From NCBI GenBank assembly GCA_050014195.1, contig JBEKDT010000010.1, forward strand, positions 117,143 to 181,142: a stretch of 64,000 bases of DNA. Direction: 5' to 3'. Positions within the stretch are counted from its first letter, which is position 1. Each line of letters opens with the position of its first letter. Of the stretch, positions 1 to 10,314 are shown piece after piece. Below the pieces are notes generated by a model. That model was not told where the DNA came from. It searched no databases and saw only the letters and a program-made list of their open reading frames with translations. The translations under genes and the position numbers were made by a program. The DNA comes from Desulfomonilia bacterium (lineage in GTDB: Bacteria > Desulfobacterota > Desulfomonilia > UBA1062).

Positions 1-452
1 AGCCAGAAAAACACGAGGGCAGAGGTGATGAATAAGGCAAGCGGCATATTGATATCCACCGCACTTGCAAGGAAGAAGTATTCAAGAGATGTAATGAGGC
101 TTAGGGCTGCAACCAGACCGGCCCTTCTTCCCCACAATTTCCAGGCCATGAGCCCGACAAGGGCAACCCCTCCGAGGGCCGAAACAAGGGGGATTACGTG
201 AGCCGAGCCTTCAGAAACACCGAATATCTTGAAGCTGAGGGCTTCGAGCCACATGAAAAGCATGGGTTTCTCAAAATACAGGAGGAAATTGAGATGGGGG
301 GTGACCCAGTCGTGGAGCGCCAATATCTCACGGGCCATCTCGGCATACCTGCCTTCATCAGGGTCCCACAGGGCCCGGCCGCTTAAGCTTAAGGAAAGGA
401 TGGCTGCAGAGGCTATCAGCATCCACGTAAGGTATCTCTCATGATGGTTCAT
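1..452 (-). CDS. Glycosyltransferase family 39 (ArnT/PMT-like), N-terminal part, cut by window edge
   Basis: Manual translation from ATG 452: MNHHERYLTWMLIASAAILSLSLSGRALWDPDEGRYAEMAREIL...PHLNFLLYFEKP; DExRY and YFEKP are ArnT-family motifs. Not in the ORF track. Confidence 0.85.
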   Translation of the reverse strand, partial: MNHHERYLTWMLIASAAILSLSLSGRALWDPDEGRYAEMAREILALHDWVTPHLNFLLYFEKPMLFMWLEALSFKIFGVSEGSAHVIPLVSALGGVALVGLMAWKLWGRRAGLVAALSLITSLEYFFLASAVDINMPLALFITSALVFFW

Positions 453-528
453 ATGCAGTTAATGATATAGTTTGGTGGGATTATAAAAGTCAAACCGGAT
501 CTTCACGTGCGGTTTGTCGGCAAGCCGA

Positions 529-2460
529 TTATTCCAAGGGAATGGAAAAATAGAAAACCGACCCTTGCCCGAGTTTGGATTTCAGCCAGATGTCCCCACC
601 CATCACGGCCAGCGCTTTTTTCACTATGGCAAGGCCGATGCCCGTTCCTTCCACATGGTCGTTCGATGCCCGGTAAAAGATTTCAAAAATATTACTCGTA
701 TGTTCATCTGATATCCCGGAGCCGTTGTCCTTTACGGAAAAGACATGCATCTTGGCCTGTGGCTGATATCCGATGAAGATTTGAAGCTTCCTGCCTGACT
801 GGGCATATTTGATGGCATTCGAGATGAGGTTGCTGAATACCTGAATCACCCTGATCTTGTCCGCCTTGATCTTGGGCATTTCATTCTCGATGACGATTGT
901 GCCTTTCTTCTCATCAAGCTGATCGGCTACTTCCATTATGATGTCGTCGATGATCTCCTGAATGAAAAACTCCTCTTTCTTGAGCTTCAGATTCTCGACG
1001 GCAGAGAGTGTGAGGAGATTCGTGACAAAAGACTCCATGTGCCTGCCGCTTTCATGTATTGCCTCGATGTACTGGTTCTCTTTGTCGGATAGTTTTTTGG
1101 CTGCCGATTTGATGAACCGCTCACAGAAACCGTTTATGGCGATAATCGGATTTTTAAGGTCGTGAGATACGGTGGAAACGAGCGTCCTGAGTTCCTCATT
1201 GCGCTGCCGTATGAGGTTAAGGGCATCCTGGAGCTCATTGGTGGTCTTTGATATCTCCTGAAACAAGAGGATGTTCTCAATGACCGTGCCCATGTGGACC
1301 CCAATGGTGATGAGCAGTCTCTCATCCTCGGGTGATATGATACGCTGGCCGAAGGAGCCGATGTTCATGGCGCCGATGAGGCGTGTCCTTGACTGGAGGG
1401 GGATTGATGCAAATGATCGTATACCTTGTTTCCTGAATGCAGTTGAGCTGATGCGCGGATCTAAAGATGCATTCTCAATAATTATGGGGGTACCGCTTTG
1501 GGCAACCCTGCCCGCAATACCTTCACCAATCTTGAGCTCTTTAACGGTCTGTATGACCTCATCTGCGATGCCGTGGGCATATGCACACCTTAAAACCTTT
1601 TTCTTCTCATCAAGAAGATAGATAAGCCCCGCCTCGATGTTCATGATCTGCAGGACCTGGTCAAGAGTGTTCTGAAGAACCTCATCGAGATCAATGGACG
1701 AGGAGAGCGTCGTGGATATGGTGTTGATGGCAGACAGATCCTGGTTCTGCCGGAGCAGCCTCTTCTGCAGGAGCATCTTTTCCGTTACATCCCGGAGCAT
1801 GGCAATAGAGGTGCCCGGTCTGTCCTCGATGAAGTGAAAGTTGCCCTCCAGTATCTTCTGACCCTTCGTGGTGTTTATTACTATTTGAGTAAAAAATTGC
1901 TTGGCATATTTTTTTCGTAAATTTGCCAGATCATTTCTGCCTTTATCATCCACAAGGTCGAAGATCGATTTGCCGAGGATATCATCCTGTCCCGTCTCAA
2001 TTATGTTTGTGAATGCAGGGTTGGCAAAGGTTATGAACCCATGGTTCATAATAATGATAGCGTCGGGTGCATCTTCGATGAGTTTGCCGTATCTCCCATC
2101 GCGTGCGAGGCTTCCGCTTACGAAATCACCCAGGAGCACAAAGAGTGAATTCAGCCTATACCCTGTTATGTTGATAAATCCCGATACCTTGACCCGAGGA
2201 GAACTAAGCGTTTCTACGATCAATGAGAAGGGTTTATTCGTCTCGATGAGCCCTTTAAGCCTATTTTCAAGCCTATCGTCTACAAGAAATTTATGGATGA
2301 GCTCATAGAGCGATTTACCTACAAAGGGAAGTTCGGACTGTTCAATATTAGTTTCAAGGAGCTTGTTGATGTATATGACCGTTCCGCTCGAGTCGAATGC
2401 GCACACGGTAAAAGGTGCAGCATCGAAAACGGCCTTAACCTGCTCGAAATGCTTATTCAT
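529..2460 (-). CDS. PAS-PAS-GAF sensor histidine kinase
   Basis: H-box VSHDLKNP, N-box NLISNAIKY, DNGSGI and GTGIGL; GAF segment GEGIAGRVA. Confidence 0.9.
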   Translation of the reverse strand: MNKHFEQVKAVFDAAPFTVCAFDSSGTVIYINKLLETNIEQSELPFVGKSLYELIHKFLVDDRLENRLKGLIETNKPFSLIVETLSSPRVKVSGFINITGYRLNSLFVLLGDFVSGSLARDGRYGKLIEDAPDAIIIMNHGFITFANPAFTNIIETGQDDILGKSIFDLVDDKGRNDLANLRKKYAKQFFTQIVINTTKGQKILEGNFHFIEDRPGTSIAMLRDVTEKMLLQKRLLRQNQDLSAINTISTTLSSSIDLDEVLQNTLDQVLQIMNIEAGLIYLLDEKKKVLRCAYAHGIADEVIQTVKELKIGEGIAGRVAQSGTPIIIENASLDPRISSTAFRKQGIRSFASIPLQSRTRLIGAMNIGSFGQRIISPEDERLLITIGVHMGTVIENILLFQEISKTTNELQDALNLIRQRNEELRTLVSTVSHDLKNPIIAINGFCERFIKSAAKKLSDKENQYIEAIHESGRHMESFVTNLLTLSAVENLKLKKEEFFIQEIIDDIIMEVADQLDEKKGTIVIENEMPKIKADKIRVIQVFSNLISNAIKYAQSGRKLQIFIGYQPQAKMHVFSVKDNGSGISDEHTSNIFEIFYRASNDHVEGTGIGLAIVKKALAVMGGDIWLKSKLGQGSVFYFSIPLE

Positions 2461-2466
2461 GCCTTT

Positions 2467-3087
2467 TTAGTCGATCTCGATATATTCTCTGGGGTTTAAG
2501 ACCCGGACGTCACACGAGCATAACTTCGCAAACTTCTCGGCATCTTTCCTTGTACCCGCCACCTCTCCATAATGAATCGGGATGGCATAGGTGGTTTTCA
2601 TGTCTTTCAAGGCTTCACTCGCCTCACGTGCGTCCATGGTAAAGGTTCCTCCCACTGAAATAAGAACGACATCCACGGCTATACCCTTCATCTCGGGTAT
2701 CCTGTCCGTATCACCTGAATGGTAAATTGTTTTGCCGTCGATGGTTACTATATAACCTACCCACCCTTTTGCCTTAGGGTGAAAGGCCTTTTCCAGATTA
2801 TAGGCAGGTATGGCCCGTATGGATACACCCTTGATGGAAAGTGATGTGCCGGGTGTAATTAAGTCCGTCACAACAGGTGCGGACATTGGGGCTACAACAT
2901 GTGTGTCGGCATCCGATATGATCTTCACATCTTCTTCAGAGTAATGGTCGTAATGATCATGCGTGAGCAGCACGATATCCGCGCGCCCAGGAGACTTCCC
3001 GATCTTCCAGGGATCAATGTAGACGGTGGCGGAAGCTCCTGTTATCTTGATACCGGCATGGCCTAGCCATGTAATGCGTACCGTCAT
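2467..3087 (-). CDS. MBL-fold metallo-hydrolase
   Basis: ITWLGHA, THDHYDH, YHSGDT, PIHY motifs; probable start MTVRIT at 3087. Confidence 0.9.
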   Translation of the reverse strand: MTVRITWLGHAGIKITGASATVYIDPWKIGKSPGRADIVLLTHDHYDHYSEEDVKIISDADTHVVAPMSAPVVTDLITPGTSLSIKGVSIRAIPAYNLEKAFHPKAKGWVGYIVTIDGKTIYHSGDTDRIPEMKGIAVDVVLISVGGTFTMDAREASEALKDMKTTYAIPIHYGEVAGTRKDAEKFAKLCSCDVRVLNPREYIEID

Positions 3088-3216
3088 GGAGCACCTCCTG
3101 AGAAGCATGGAACAATTAAAAATCGTTATGCACTATCCTTATTGTAATAATACAAAAGCCCGGTATCCGTTTCAATGGGTATTTCCGGGAAATATGCGGC
3201 AATTCATGCGTCACTC

Positions 3217-3612
3217 TCAAAACGCCCCTAGCTGGCATGGTGTGATCTTTATGTTCAGTGCATCGGCTGCATTGCCTGCCTCCGCACGGATAATTCCGGT
3301 TGTATCTGCAATTTCCCAGAGCCTTGCACAGGAGATCCTGCCCTCACCGGAATCTTTTTTGATAAGATCAAGCACGTCCTGGCTTACTTCCACTTTCCTG
3401 CCGGTTATCTTGTAGGCAGACTTCCCCTTCCTGCCGTAACCGAATAGGCCGAGCTGGCATTGGTACAACCGTACTCCCGTTTCAGTTGCAAACCTACCGA
3501 CTTCAAGGGGGTCAAGTTTGAGATAGGCAGCTATATAGTGCGCCACAGCGCAGGGAAGCTTGTCCCTTTCGGGATATATCTCCATCATTTCTTTGATTGT
3601 CCGGGACGTCAT
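3217..3612 (-). CDS. Hypothetical protein with duplicated Cys-containing module
   Basis: AGGAG RBS; halves LPCAVA...CQLGLF and ISCARL...CQLGAF. Confidence 0.75.
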   Translation of the reverse strand: MTSRTIKEMMEIYPERDKLPCAVAHYIAAYLKLDPLEVGRFATETGVRLYQCQLGLFGYGRKGKSAYKITGRKVEVSQDVLDLIKKDSGEGRISCARLWEIADTTGIIRAEAGNAADALNIKITPCQLGAF

Positions 3613-3629
3613 AGTTATCCTCCTTAGAT

Positions 3630-5756
3630 CTAAATTACCATAAGCGCATCCGCTACGAAAGGCTTGCCGTCTACTATGATAATAGGGTTCAGGTCGATCT
3701 CCTTGATCTGAGGAAATTGAGCGGCTACATGCCCCAAGGCAATAAGTATGTCTGCAACGGCTTCTTTATCAACAGGTTTCATGCCGCGATACGCACCTAA
3801 GGCCTTGTTGGCGGAGATACCATCAAGCATCTCAAATGCATCGCTCCTGGTCAAAGGCGCAAGGCGGAGAGATATGTCGTCAATGGCCTCTGCAAATACA
3901 CCGCCCAGGCCGAACAATACGCATGGTGGAAAACCCGCGTGACGGCTTATGCCTGCTATAAACTCGCGGTCGCCCTTGAGCATTTCTGCCACGAGGAGCA
4001 TCGAGTCATGGTCTTTTGCCCTGAGGGTATGATATGCCTCTATGAGTTCATGCTCATTTTTCAGATTGAGCCTAACCATTCCGAACTCGGTCTTGTGGGT
4101 GATCTTTGAAGAGCAGACCTTGAGCACTACCGGATAGCCGTTTTTTTCAGCATTTGCCTTCACCTCATCAAGGTTATAGGCAAGGGCCTCTTTGGCAGTG
4201 GGTACCCCATATGCACGAAGTATCCCCTTTGCCAAAAACTCATCGATTCCGGTCTCAACGGATTGTTGCATCAATCGTAAGGCCTCATCAGGGGCCGTGT
4301 CGTTTACGGGGGGCCTTTCAATGGGCCTGTTCCTGAATAGCAGATATGTATAAAAAGCGCTCATGGCCCTGGCAGCCTTTTCGGGTGCATCAAAGGTAGG
4401 GATGCCTTTTGTGTGGAAGGTTTGGATACAGTTGTCCTCCCTGCCGAAGAAGGAGGAGATAAGGAGAGGCTTGCCATAACGCTCGGGCATGGCTACAAGC
4501 TCATCCATGCTTAGTTTTCTCATGCCTATCACTTTTTCTTTTGACACGTTCACAAACCTGCTGACAGCAGGGTAAAGAAGCTCCATGAATGCCGTGTCCA
4601 CAATTCCGTGGATAATTATTCCATCCACCTCGTCAGACTCAAAGAGCAACCTTGGGATCTCTTCGGTAAGGGCCTTCATGTCCACATGAAATGTGAGATC
4701 GACCGGATTGTGGGCGCTTGCTTGCGAGGGCAGGAATTGTGAGACTTTTTCCTGTAGTATGGGGGAAAATTCTCTCACCTCAAGCCCCAGTCGATCGCAG
4801 GTGTTGGCAATCCCTGTTCCGGGGCCGCCGGAATTTGTCAGCACGGCAATGCGCCTGCCTTTAATCCTCGGCTGGGAGGCAAGAGCCCAGCCCACCTTGT
4901 ACACCTCCTCAATGCTCTCCACGCCGATTACGCCGGCCTGTTCAAACAATGCCGTATAGAGGTGATCGGGACCGGAGAGGGCACCGGTGTGACTCGATCC
5001 CGACCGTGCGCCCGCCTCTGTCCCTCCGACATACTGGGCCACTATCGGTTTAATCCGGCTCACACGGGTTGCGACCTCAAGGAAACGGGAGGCGTCTTTG
5101 ATCCCCTCGATGTACAATCCAATGGCCCTGGTGGTTTCATCCTGCCCCAGATATTCGATACAGTCGATGATGTCGATGTCCGCCTCGTTCCCCACGCTGA
5201 TGGCCTTGCTCATCACAATGCCGTTCTTATGCAGATAAGAGACCACTTGTGCGATATACGTACCGCTCTGGGATGCAAGGCCGAGCTTCCCATTATAGTC
5301 CTGGATGGGGCCTACCGTGATGTTCAAAGGCAGATGGGTGTTTACTATCCCGAGGCAGTTGGGGCCAAGAAAACGGATGCCGTAGTGTTTTGCTTTTTCT
5401 ATCAGGACCTTCTCAAGGGCCCCGCCCTCTTCTCCTGTCTCCTTGAAGCCTGCACTGACAATGATCATATGTCTCGTACCAAGCTTGCCGAAATCTTCAA
5501 CCATATCAGGGACGAGCCGGGTTGGGACTACGAGCACTGCAACATCAGGGGCATAAGGGAGATCCGCTATTGTCTGATAAGCCTTCTTGCCCAGCACGAC
5601 TTTTTCTTTTGGATGGATCGGCAGGACCTCACCTGGAAAACCATTCGTGATGAGATTCAGGCATTGAATCGTGCCCATGGTTGTAAAGTTGTTGCTTGCG
5701 CCGGCAATGGCTATGGATGCGGGGTTCATGAGGTTTTCAATGGGGTTGCCTGCCAT
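3630..5756 (-). CDS. Acyl/acetate-CoA ligase (ADP-forming), alpha-beta fusion
   Basis: GPNCLG, SQSG, SHTGAL, HKTE, DLNP motifs; AGGAGG RBS before MAGNP at 5756. Confidence 0.9.
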   Translation of the reverse strand: MAGNPIENLMNPASIAIAGASNNFTTMGTIQCLNLITNGFPGEVLPIHPKEKVVLGKKAYQTIADLPYAPDVAVLVVPTRLVPDMVEDFGKLGTRHMIIVSAGFKETGEEGGALEKVLIEKAKHYGIRFLGPNCLGIVNTHLPLNITVGPIQDYNGKLGLASQSGTYIAQVVSYLHKNGIVMSKAISVGNEADIDIIDCIEYLGQDETTRAIGLYIEGIKDASRFLEVATRVSRIKPIVAQYVGGTEAGARSGSSHTGALSGPDHLYTALFEQAGVIGVESIEEVYKVGWALASQPRIKGRRIAVLTNSGGPGTGIANTCDRLGLEVREFSPILQEKVSQFLPSQASAHNPVDLTFHVDMKALTEEIPRLLFESDEVDGIIIHGIVDTAFMELLYPAVSRFVNVSKEKVIGMRKLSMDELVAMPERYGKPLLISSFFGREDNCIQTFHTKGIPTFDAPEKAARAMSAFYTYLLFRNRPIERPPVNDTAPDEALRLMQQSVETGIDEFLAKGILRAYGVPTAKEALAYNLDEVKANAEKNGYPVVLKVCSSKITHKTEFGMVRLNLKNEHELIEAYHTLRAKDHDSMLLVAEMLKGDREFIAGISRHAGFPPCVLFGLGGVFAEAIDDISLRLAPLTRSDAFEMLDGISANKALGAYRGMKPVDKEAVADILIALGHVAAQFPQIKEIDLNPIIIVDGKPFVADALMVI

Positions 5757-5989
5757 GTATCCTCCTATTTTATTATGAGAGAATTCAGTAGGTGTCTCAG
5801 CGGTATTGTATATGTCATTCACTGAAATACCATAAAATTGCGGATAAAATCCAGCTAACATCTGCGCAATGTGCATGTTCACTTTTAAGAAAATATTCAA
5901 CAATATTCCCAAACGCCCCTTTAGCAATGGCCATTCATGCCGATGAGAGATTTGTCGGCAACAATGCTTGACGAATAAGAAGGGCACAC

Positions 5990-6709
5990 ATGGGCTTTGA
6001 ATCGAGCATGACAATAAATTCTCCCCAGATGCGTAAGTTTGTAAGCGTGTTTATCCTCTCTCTCATTGGATTTTTCTCCATCATGGGGATCTTCAGTTAT
6101 ATCGATCCCTACCCTCTTAAGGACTGGATTCATCTGAGAATTATGATCAAGAATATTGGGGTATCCGGAGCCCTGCTCTTCGTTTTCTGTGTGGCCATAA
6201 TGCCTCTGGCCGCCCCTTTAAGCCTGCTTATCATGGCAGGGTCATCGGCATATGGGGCACCTTTGGGCATGGCTCTTTCATATGTCGGATGCCTGATAAA
6301 TGCAAATCTTGCATTCTTTATCGTGAAGACACTCGGCGTGGAAGAAGGCTGGGGGCACGGCAAGAAGACACACCGGGTCAAGAGCGCTATCCAAAAAAAC
6401 GGTTATGTCCTTGTCCTCATGCTCCAAATGATGACTATTATCCCTTTTACCGCAATAAACTCGGCCGCTGCAGCCTCCGGTGTGTGCTGGCGTGATTTCA
6501 TGAAGGCCACCATCTTCGGTATTGTGCCGAGCATAACCCTATTTTCATTGATCGGGCACATGGTCCTTGCACACTTCTTTACTCCGCGGTTCTATTTTTC
6601 ATTCATCTGTGCGGTGGTATTCGTTATCATCTTTATCACGCTCATAAAGAAGAATGCCCAGATGAGAAACAAAACTCTCAATGAGGCTTTGGAAGAAGAG
6701 GCCCTCTGA
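5990..6709 (+). CDS. TVP38/TMEM64 (VTT/DedA superfamily) membrane protein
   Basis: Multi-TM protein with AGSSAYG and IIPFTAINSAAA...FMKATIFG segments; start uncertain. Confidence 0.75.
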   Translation: MGFESSMTINSPQMRKFVSVFILSLIGFFSIMGIFSYIDPYPLKDWIHLRIMIKNIGVSGALLFVFCVAIMPLAAPLSLLIMAGSSAYGAPLGMALSYVGCLINANLAFFIVKTLGVEEGWGHGKKTHRVKSAIQKNGYVLVLMLQMMTIIPFTAINSAAAASGVCWRDFMKATIFGIVPSITLFSLIGHMVLAHFFTPRFYFSFICAVVFVIIFITLIKKNAQMRNKTLNEALEEEAL

Positions 6710-7306
6710 AAAATCAGGAAAGTAGTCTAACACCCCTTTGGCGGAATTCTTAAAGGTGTCCCCAAAGACCCGCTCCGACAACTCCTGATCCACCCGCAAT
6801 GGGATTACGCCCTGCATGAGAAGAAAACCTTCTTTTTTGGCAAGTGCCAGGCCCATGATCTTGTTTTCTCCTATCACGAGCTCTGCGGGTGATGGCCTGG
6901 AAAAACATATCGGTGAGAATGCATGGCGGCCGCCTTTTACCTCTGTCTCGATACCGCAGCCTCGGAATGTGCTTTTCATTACATGCGAGATGTTTCTGGA
7001 ACACTCCAATATGCCCCCGGAAAGGGCCCCGATTTGAGGTGTGCTGATGCTGAAAGTAATGTCGTCAAAATGGAGCACGGCCCCCCCGCCGGTGGGCCGC
7101 CGAATGATAGGGATACCAAGGGATGGGTCGTTAACGGCAAAGGATTTCTGGTGAAAGCCGGTCGTCAGGGCAGGTTCAGTCCAGTTGTAAAAACGTAAAC
7201 TACCTGAAATAGATCCGAGTCTGACTGCATCGAAGAGATCGAGGTCTTTTTTCATGGTAAGACCGGGAGGGCACCTCCCATCGGAGCGGAGTTGCCATGT
7301 GATCAT
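6599..7306 (-). CDS. Lipoate-protein ligase/octanoyltransferase family (BPL/LPL fold, LipM-like)
   Basis: LRFYNW, RRPTGGGAVLH and KIMG motifs; GTG start overlaps accB stop. Confidence 0.8.
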   Translation of the reverse strand: MITWQLRSDGRCPPGLTMKKDLDLFDAVRLGSISGSLRFYNWTEPALTTGFHQKSFAVNDPSLGIPIIRRPTGGGAVLHFDDITFSISTPQIGALSGGILECSRNISHVMKSTFRGCGIETEVKGGRHAFSPICFSRPSPAELVIGENKIMGLALAKKEGFLLMQGVIPLRVDQELSERVFGDTFKNSAKGVLDYFPDFSEGLFFQSLIESFVSHLGILLYERDKDDNEYHRTDE

Positions 7307-7716
7307 AGCTCCTCAATGATGAAGAGCTGGTCTCCGTATCCCACCCGATCGCCGTCCTGCTTGAGGATAGCAGCCACGGTCCCGTCTACATGCGATTCGA
7401 TTTCGTTCATGAGCTTCATGGCCTCGATCACGCACAGGACCTGGTTCTTGGCCACCCGGTCACCTACCTGTACATACGAGGATGTTTCCGGGGACGGGGA
7501 TCTGTAGAACGTTCCCACCAGAGGCGAAGTCACAGTAACGGTGTGCTTTTCCTTCATGCTTATGCTGGTGCGGTCGTTATCATGAGGTCTTGAAGGGGCC
7601 GATTCATACTGGCTGGATCTCCGGATGATGTGAATACGCTCCGGTGTCCAGTCGAGTTCCACCACATCGGTGTCCTTGATGAGCTCAATAAGATCCTTGA
7701 CGGTTTTTAAATTCAT
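7303..7716 (-). CDS. accB: Biotin carboxyl carrier protein
   Basis: SPLVGTFYRSPSP and EAMKLMNEI biotinyl-lysine motif. Confidence 0.93.
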   Translation of the reverse strand: MNLKTVKDLIELIKDTDVVELDWTPERIHIIRRSSQYESAPSRPHDNDRTSISMKEKHTVTVTSPLVGTFYRSPSPETSSYVQVGDRVAKNQVLCVIEAMKLMNEIESHVDGTVAAILKQDGDRVGYGDQLFIIEEL

Positions 7717-8280
7717 TCAGCTCACTCTTTCGATATAGTACCCTGTCCTGGTGTCAACCTTGACCACCTCGCCCGTACTGACAAACAGGGGGACCTGAAT
7801 GGTGATGCCGGTTTCAAGCTTGGCAGGCTTTGAGCCGCCGGATGCAGTGTTGCCTTTCAGGCCGGGGTCGGTCTCGATAATCTTGAGATTGAGGAACATA
7901 GGCAGCTCAACACCTATTGCCTTACCATTGTGCAGGAGAACATCCACCTCCACGTTCTCTTTGATGTAGCCCAGTGCATCCCCTATCTGGTCTTTGGTGA
8001 GCGTCATCTGATCATAGGTCTGCGTGTCCATGAAACAATATCCTGTTTCGTCCTGGTACAGGAACGACATCTTCTTTTCTTCCAGATCCGGGACATCCAC
8101 CTTATCGCCCGACCGGAATGTTTTATCAAGGACATTACCGGTTATCAGGCTCTTCATCTTCGTCCGCACGAAGGCCCCGCCCTTGCCGGGCTTCACGTGC
8201 TGGAAATCGACGATGGTAAAGGGCTCTCCTTCTAACTCGATCTTCAAGTTCTTCCTGAACTGTGCTGTTGAATACTGCAT
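7717..8280 (-). CDS. efp: Elongation factor P
   Basis: QHVKPGKGGAFVRTK and KPAKLETG. Confidence 0.97.
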   Translation of the reverse strand: MQYSTAQFRKNLKIELEGEPFTIVDFQHVKPGKGGAFVRTKMKSLITGNVLDKTFRSGDKVDVPDLEEKKMSFLYQDETGYCFMDTQTYDQMTLTKDQIGDALGYIKENVEVDVLLHNGKAIGVELPMFLNLKIIETDPGLKGNTASGGSKPAKLETGITIQVPLFVSTGEVVKVDTRTGYYIERVS

Positions 8281-8292
8281 GCAACCTCACCT

Positions 8293-9354
8293 CTAGCTGA
8301 AAGTTCTGATGGTTTCCTTATCAAGATTTGTAAGGCGCTTGCAAGAATTATCTGTTACAAACACCATGTCTTCAAGCCTTATACCGAATTGATCGGGGAT
8401 ATATACTCCGGGTTCTATGGTAATGACCATGCCTTCCACCAGTATATCCTCAGACAGGGGCGAAACAGCGGGTGACTCATGAACCTCCATGCCCACCCCA
8501 TGTCCCAGCCCATGGCCGAAAAAGGCTCCAAGCCCGTGAGTTCCAAGATAGTCACGGGCTATCTTGTCGATATCCGAGGCCTTCACGCCGGAGGCTAAAG
8601 CCTTTATGGAGCGATCCTGTGCTTCTTTCACCCGTAAATACATATCTTGAAAGGAACCGCCCGGATTACCCGTTGTCACGGTGACGGTCTGGTCCGAGCA
8701 ATACCCCTTGTAGATGCATCCGAAATCGACAACCACTGCTTCATTCTTGCTTATTACCTTATCCGACGCGGCTCCATGAGGCATGGCAGAGCGTGGGCCT
8801 GATGCAACAATGAGCTCGAATGAGGCTGCACTTGCACCGCGGCTCCTCATTTCCCATTCAAGATCAAGTGCCACATCCTGCTCGCGCCGTCCTATAAGTC
8901 CCCTGGAAAGTACTGCCTTAAGCGACTCTTCAGATATATGTGCCGCCTCTTTTATCATATCGACTTCATCGATGTCTTTAATAGCGCGCAGTGTTTTGAG
9001 CTGACCTCCCAGGGGGGTCATTTCAATGCCCTTGAAGATGTCTTTCATTTTCATGAAGCTGTCGAGGTCCAGTATGTTCGATTCGATCCCTAAAGACTTG
9101 ACACCTTCATCCTGAAGCACGGCATATATGCCTTCATCGCGTTTGGTAATCTCATGGACCTCGGCATGAGTCTCCTGCCGGGCCTGGAGGGTGTTGCGGG
9201 AGTCTACAAAGAGAAAGTCCTTGTCTTCCGTAAAGACATATACGGCATCCGAGCCGGAATATCGGCTTAAATACGTAATGCTGGGCCGGGACAGCAACAA
9301 GATGGCTTCCAGGCCCTTGAGAAAGTGACGTGCTCTACTGAGCCTTCTTTCCAT
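8293..9354 (-). CDS. Xaa-Pro aminopeptidase (M24)
   Basis: HGLGHGVGMEVHE, TIEPGVY, GIRLED; probable start MERRL at 9354. Confidence 0.92.
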   Translation of the reverse strand: MERRLSRARHFLKGLEAILLLSRPSITYLSRYSGSDAVYVFTEDKDFLFVDSRNTLQARQETHAEVHEITKRDEGIYAVLQDEGVKSLGIESNILDLDSFMKMKDIFKGIEMTPLGGQLKTLRAIKDIDEVDMIKEAAHISEESLKAVLSRGLIGRREQDVALDLEWEMRSRGASAASFELIVASGPRSAMPHGAASDKVISKNEAVVVDFGCIYKGYCSDQTVTVTTGNPGGSFQDMYLRVKEAQDRSIKALASGVKASDIDKIARDYLGTHGLGAFFGHGLGHGVGMEVHESPAVSPLSEDILVEGMVITIEPGVYIPDQFGIRLEDMVFVTDNSCKRLTNLDKETIRTFS

Positions 9355-9781
9355 ACAGCTCCCATACGGCCTCAACAGCAAGCTCATAGCCCAGAGGACC
9401 GAACCCTGAAATGGTTCCAGCCGCAACGTCTGAGAAATAATTGACCTGACGGAAGGGCTCACGGGCAGACACCTTGCTCAGGTGCACCTCGATGAAAGGG
9501 AGGCCGACAGCAAGCAGGGCATCCCTTAAAGCTATTGATGTGTGGGTGTATCCGCCCGGGTTGATGATAAATGCAGTGATACCCAGGGATGGGGCTTTAT
9601 GGATTGTGTCGATGAGATCGCCTTCATGGTTCGTTTGGTAGAAATCCACTTCGGCACCAATGGTGAAGGCCTTACGTCTCACGATACCTTCGATATCATC
9701 AAGGCTCGTAGTGCCGTAGATGGATGTCTCTCTGGAACCAAGCAGGTTCAGATTGGGGCCGTTGATTACCATGATCTTCAT
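9335..9781 (-). CDS. aroQ: Type II 3-dehydroquinate dehydratase
   Basis: NGPNLNLLGSRE, INPGGYTHTS, EVHLS. Confidence 0.96.
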   Translation of the reverse strand: MKIMVINGPNLNLLGSRETSIYGTTSLDDIEGIVRRKAFTIGAEVDFYQTNHEGDLIDTIHKAPSLGITAFIINPGGYTHTSIALRDALLAVGLPFIEVHLSKVSAREPFRQVNYFSDVAAGTISGFGPLGYELAVEAVWELYGKKAQ

Positions 9782-10314
9782 TTTTTTAACCTCTCAAGCC
9801 AGCCTTGCAGGGTCTTCATAATAAAGAGGTCCTGGGTATCGCTGGCTTCCTGTCGAACCAGATCATCAAGTCCGTTCATTTCTTTAACCTGGCCGTAGAT
9901 ATCGAGGGCCTGCTCGTAATGACCTTGCTGTGCATATACCTTAGCGAGCTCAAGAGATGGCTCATTTACAAGCACTTCATGAGCCTCAGGTTTTTCCAGC
10001 AAATCGCGTGCCTCATCATCTTCGGGATAGAATGTAAGGTATTTCTGGAGGCAGGCCTTTGCCTGGGCATCATCATCACGCTGATGGTAGATGAGTCCCA
10101 GATAATAAAAAGACTTCATCAAGCCCTGGGCTAGACCTGCAATCTTTTCCAAGACATCAAGGGCCTCGCCATACCTGCCGATCTTGTACAGGGATATTCC
10201 GAGCAGAAGACGGTCTTCAGGGTTTTTGCGAGATTTGGTTGCCCGGACAACGTCCAGGAACCTTCCCTCATCAAAGGCCTTCTTCACATTCTCTGACGAA
10301 ACGGCCATAAGCAC
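9778..10314 (-). CDS. Tetratricopeptide repeat protein
   Basis: TPR-like helices YYLGLIY and LAKVYAQQGHYEQALDIY; lies within the aro operon. Confidence 0.75.
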   Translation of the reverse strand: MLMAVSSENVKKAFDEGRFLDVVRATKSRKNPEDRLLLGISLYKIGRYGEALDVLEKIAGLAQGLMKSFYYLGLIYHQRDDDAQAKACLQKYLTFYPEDDEARDLLEKPEAHEVLVNEPSLELAKVYAQQGHYEQALDIYGQVKEMNGLDDLVRQEASDTQDLFIMKTLQGWLERLKK

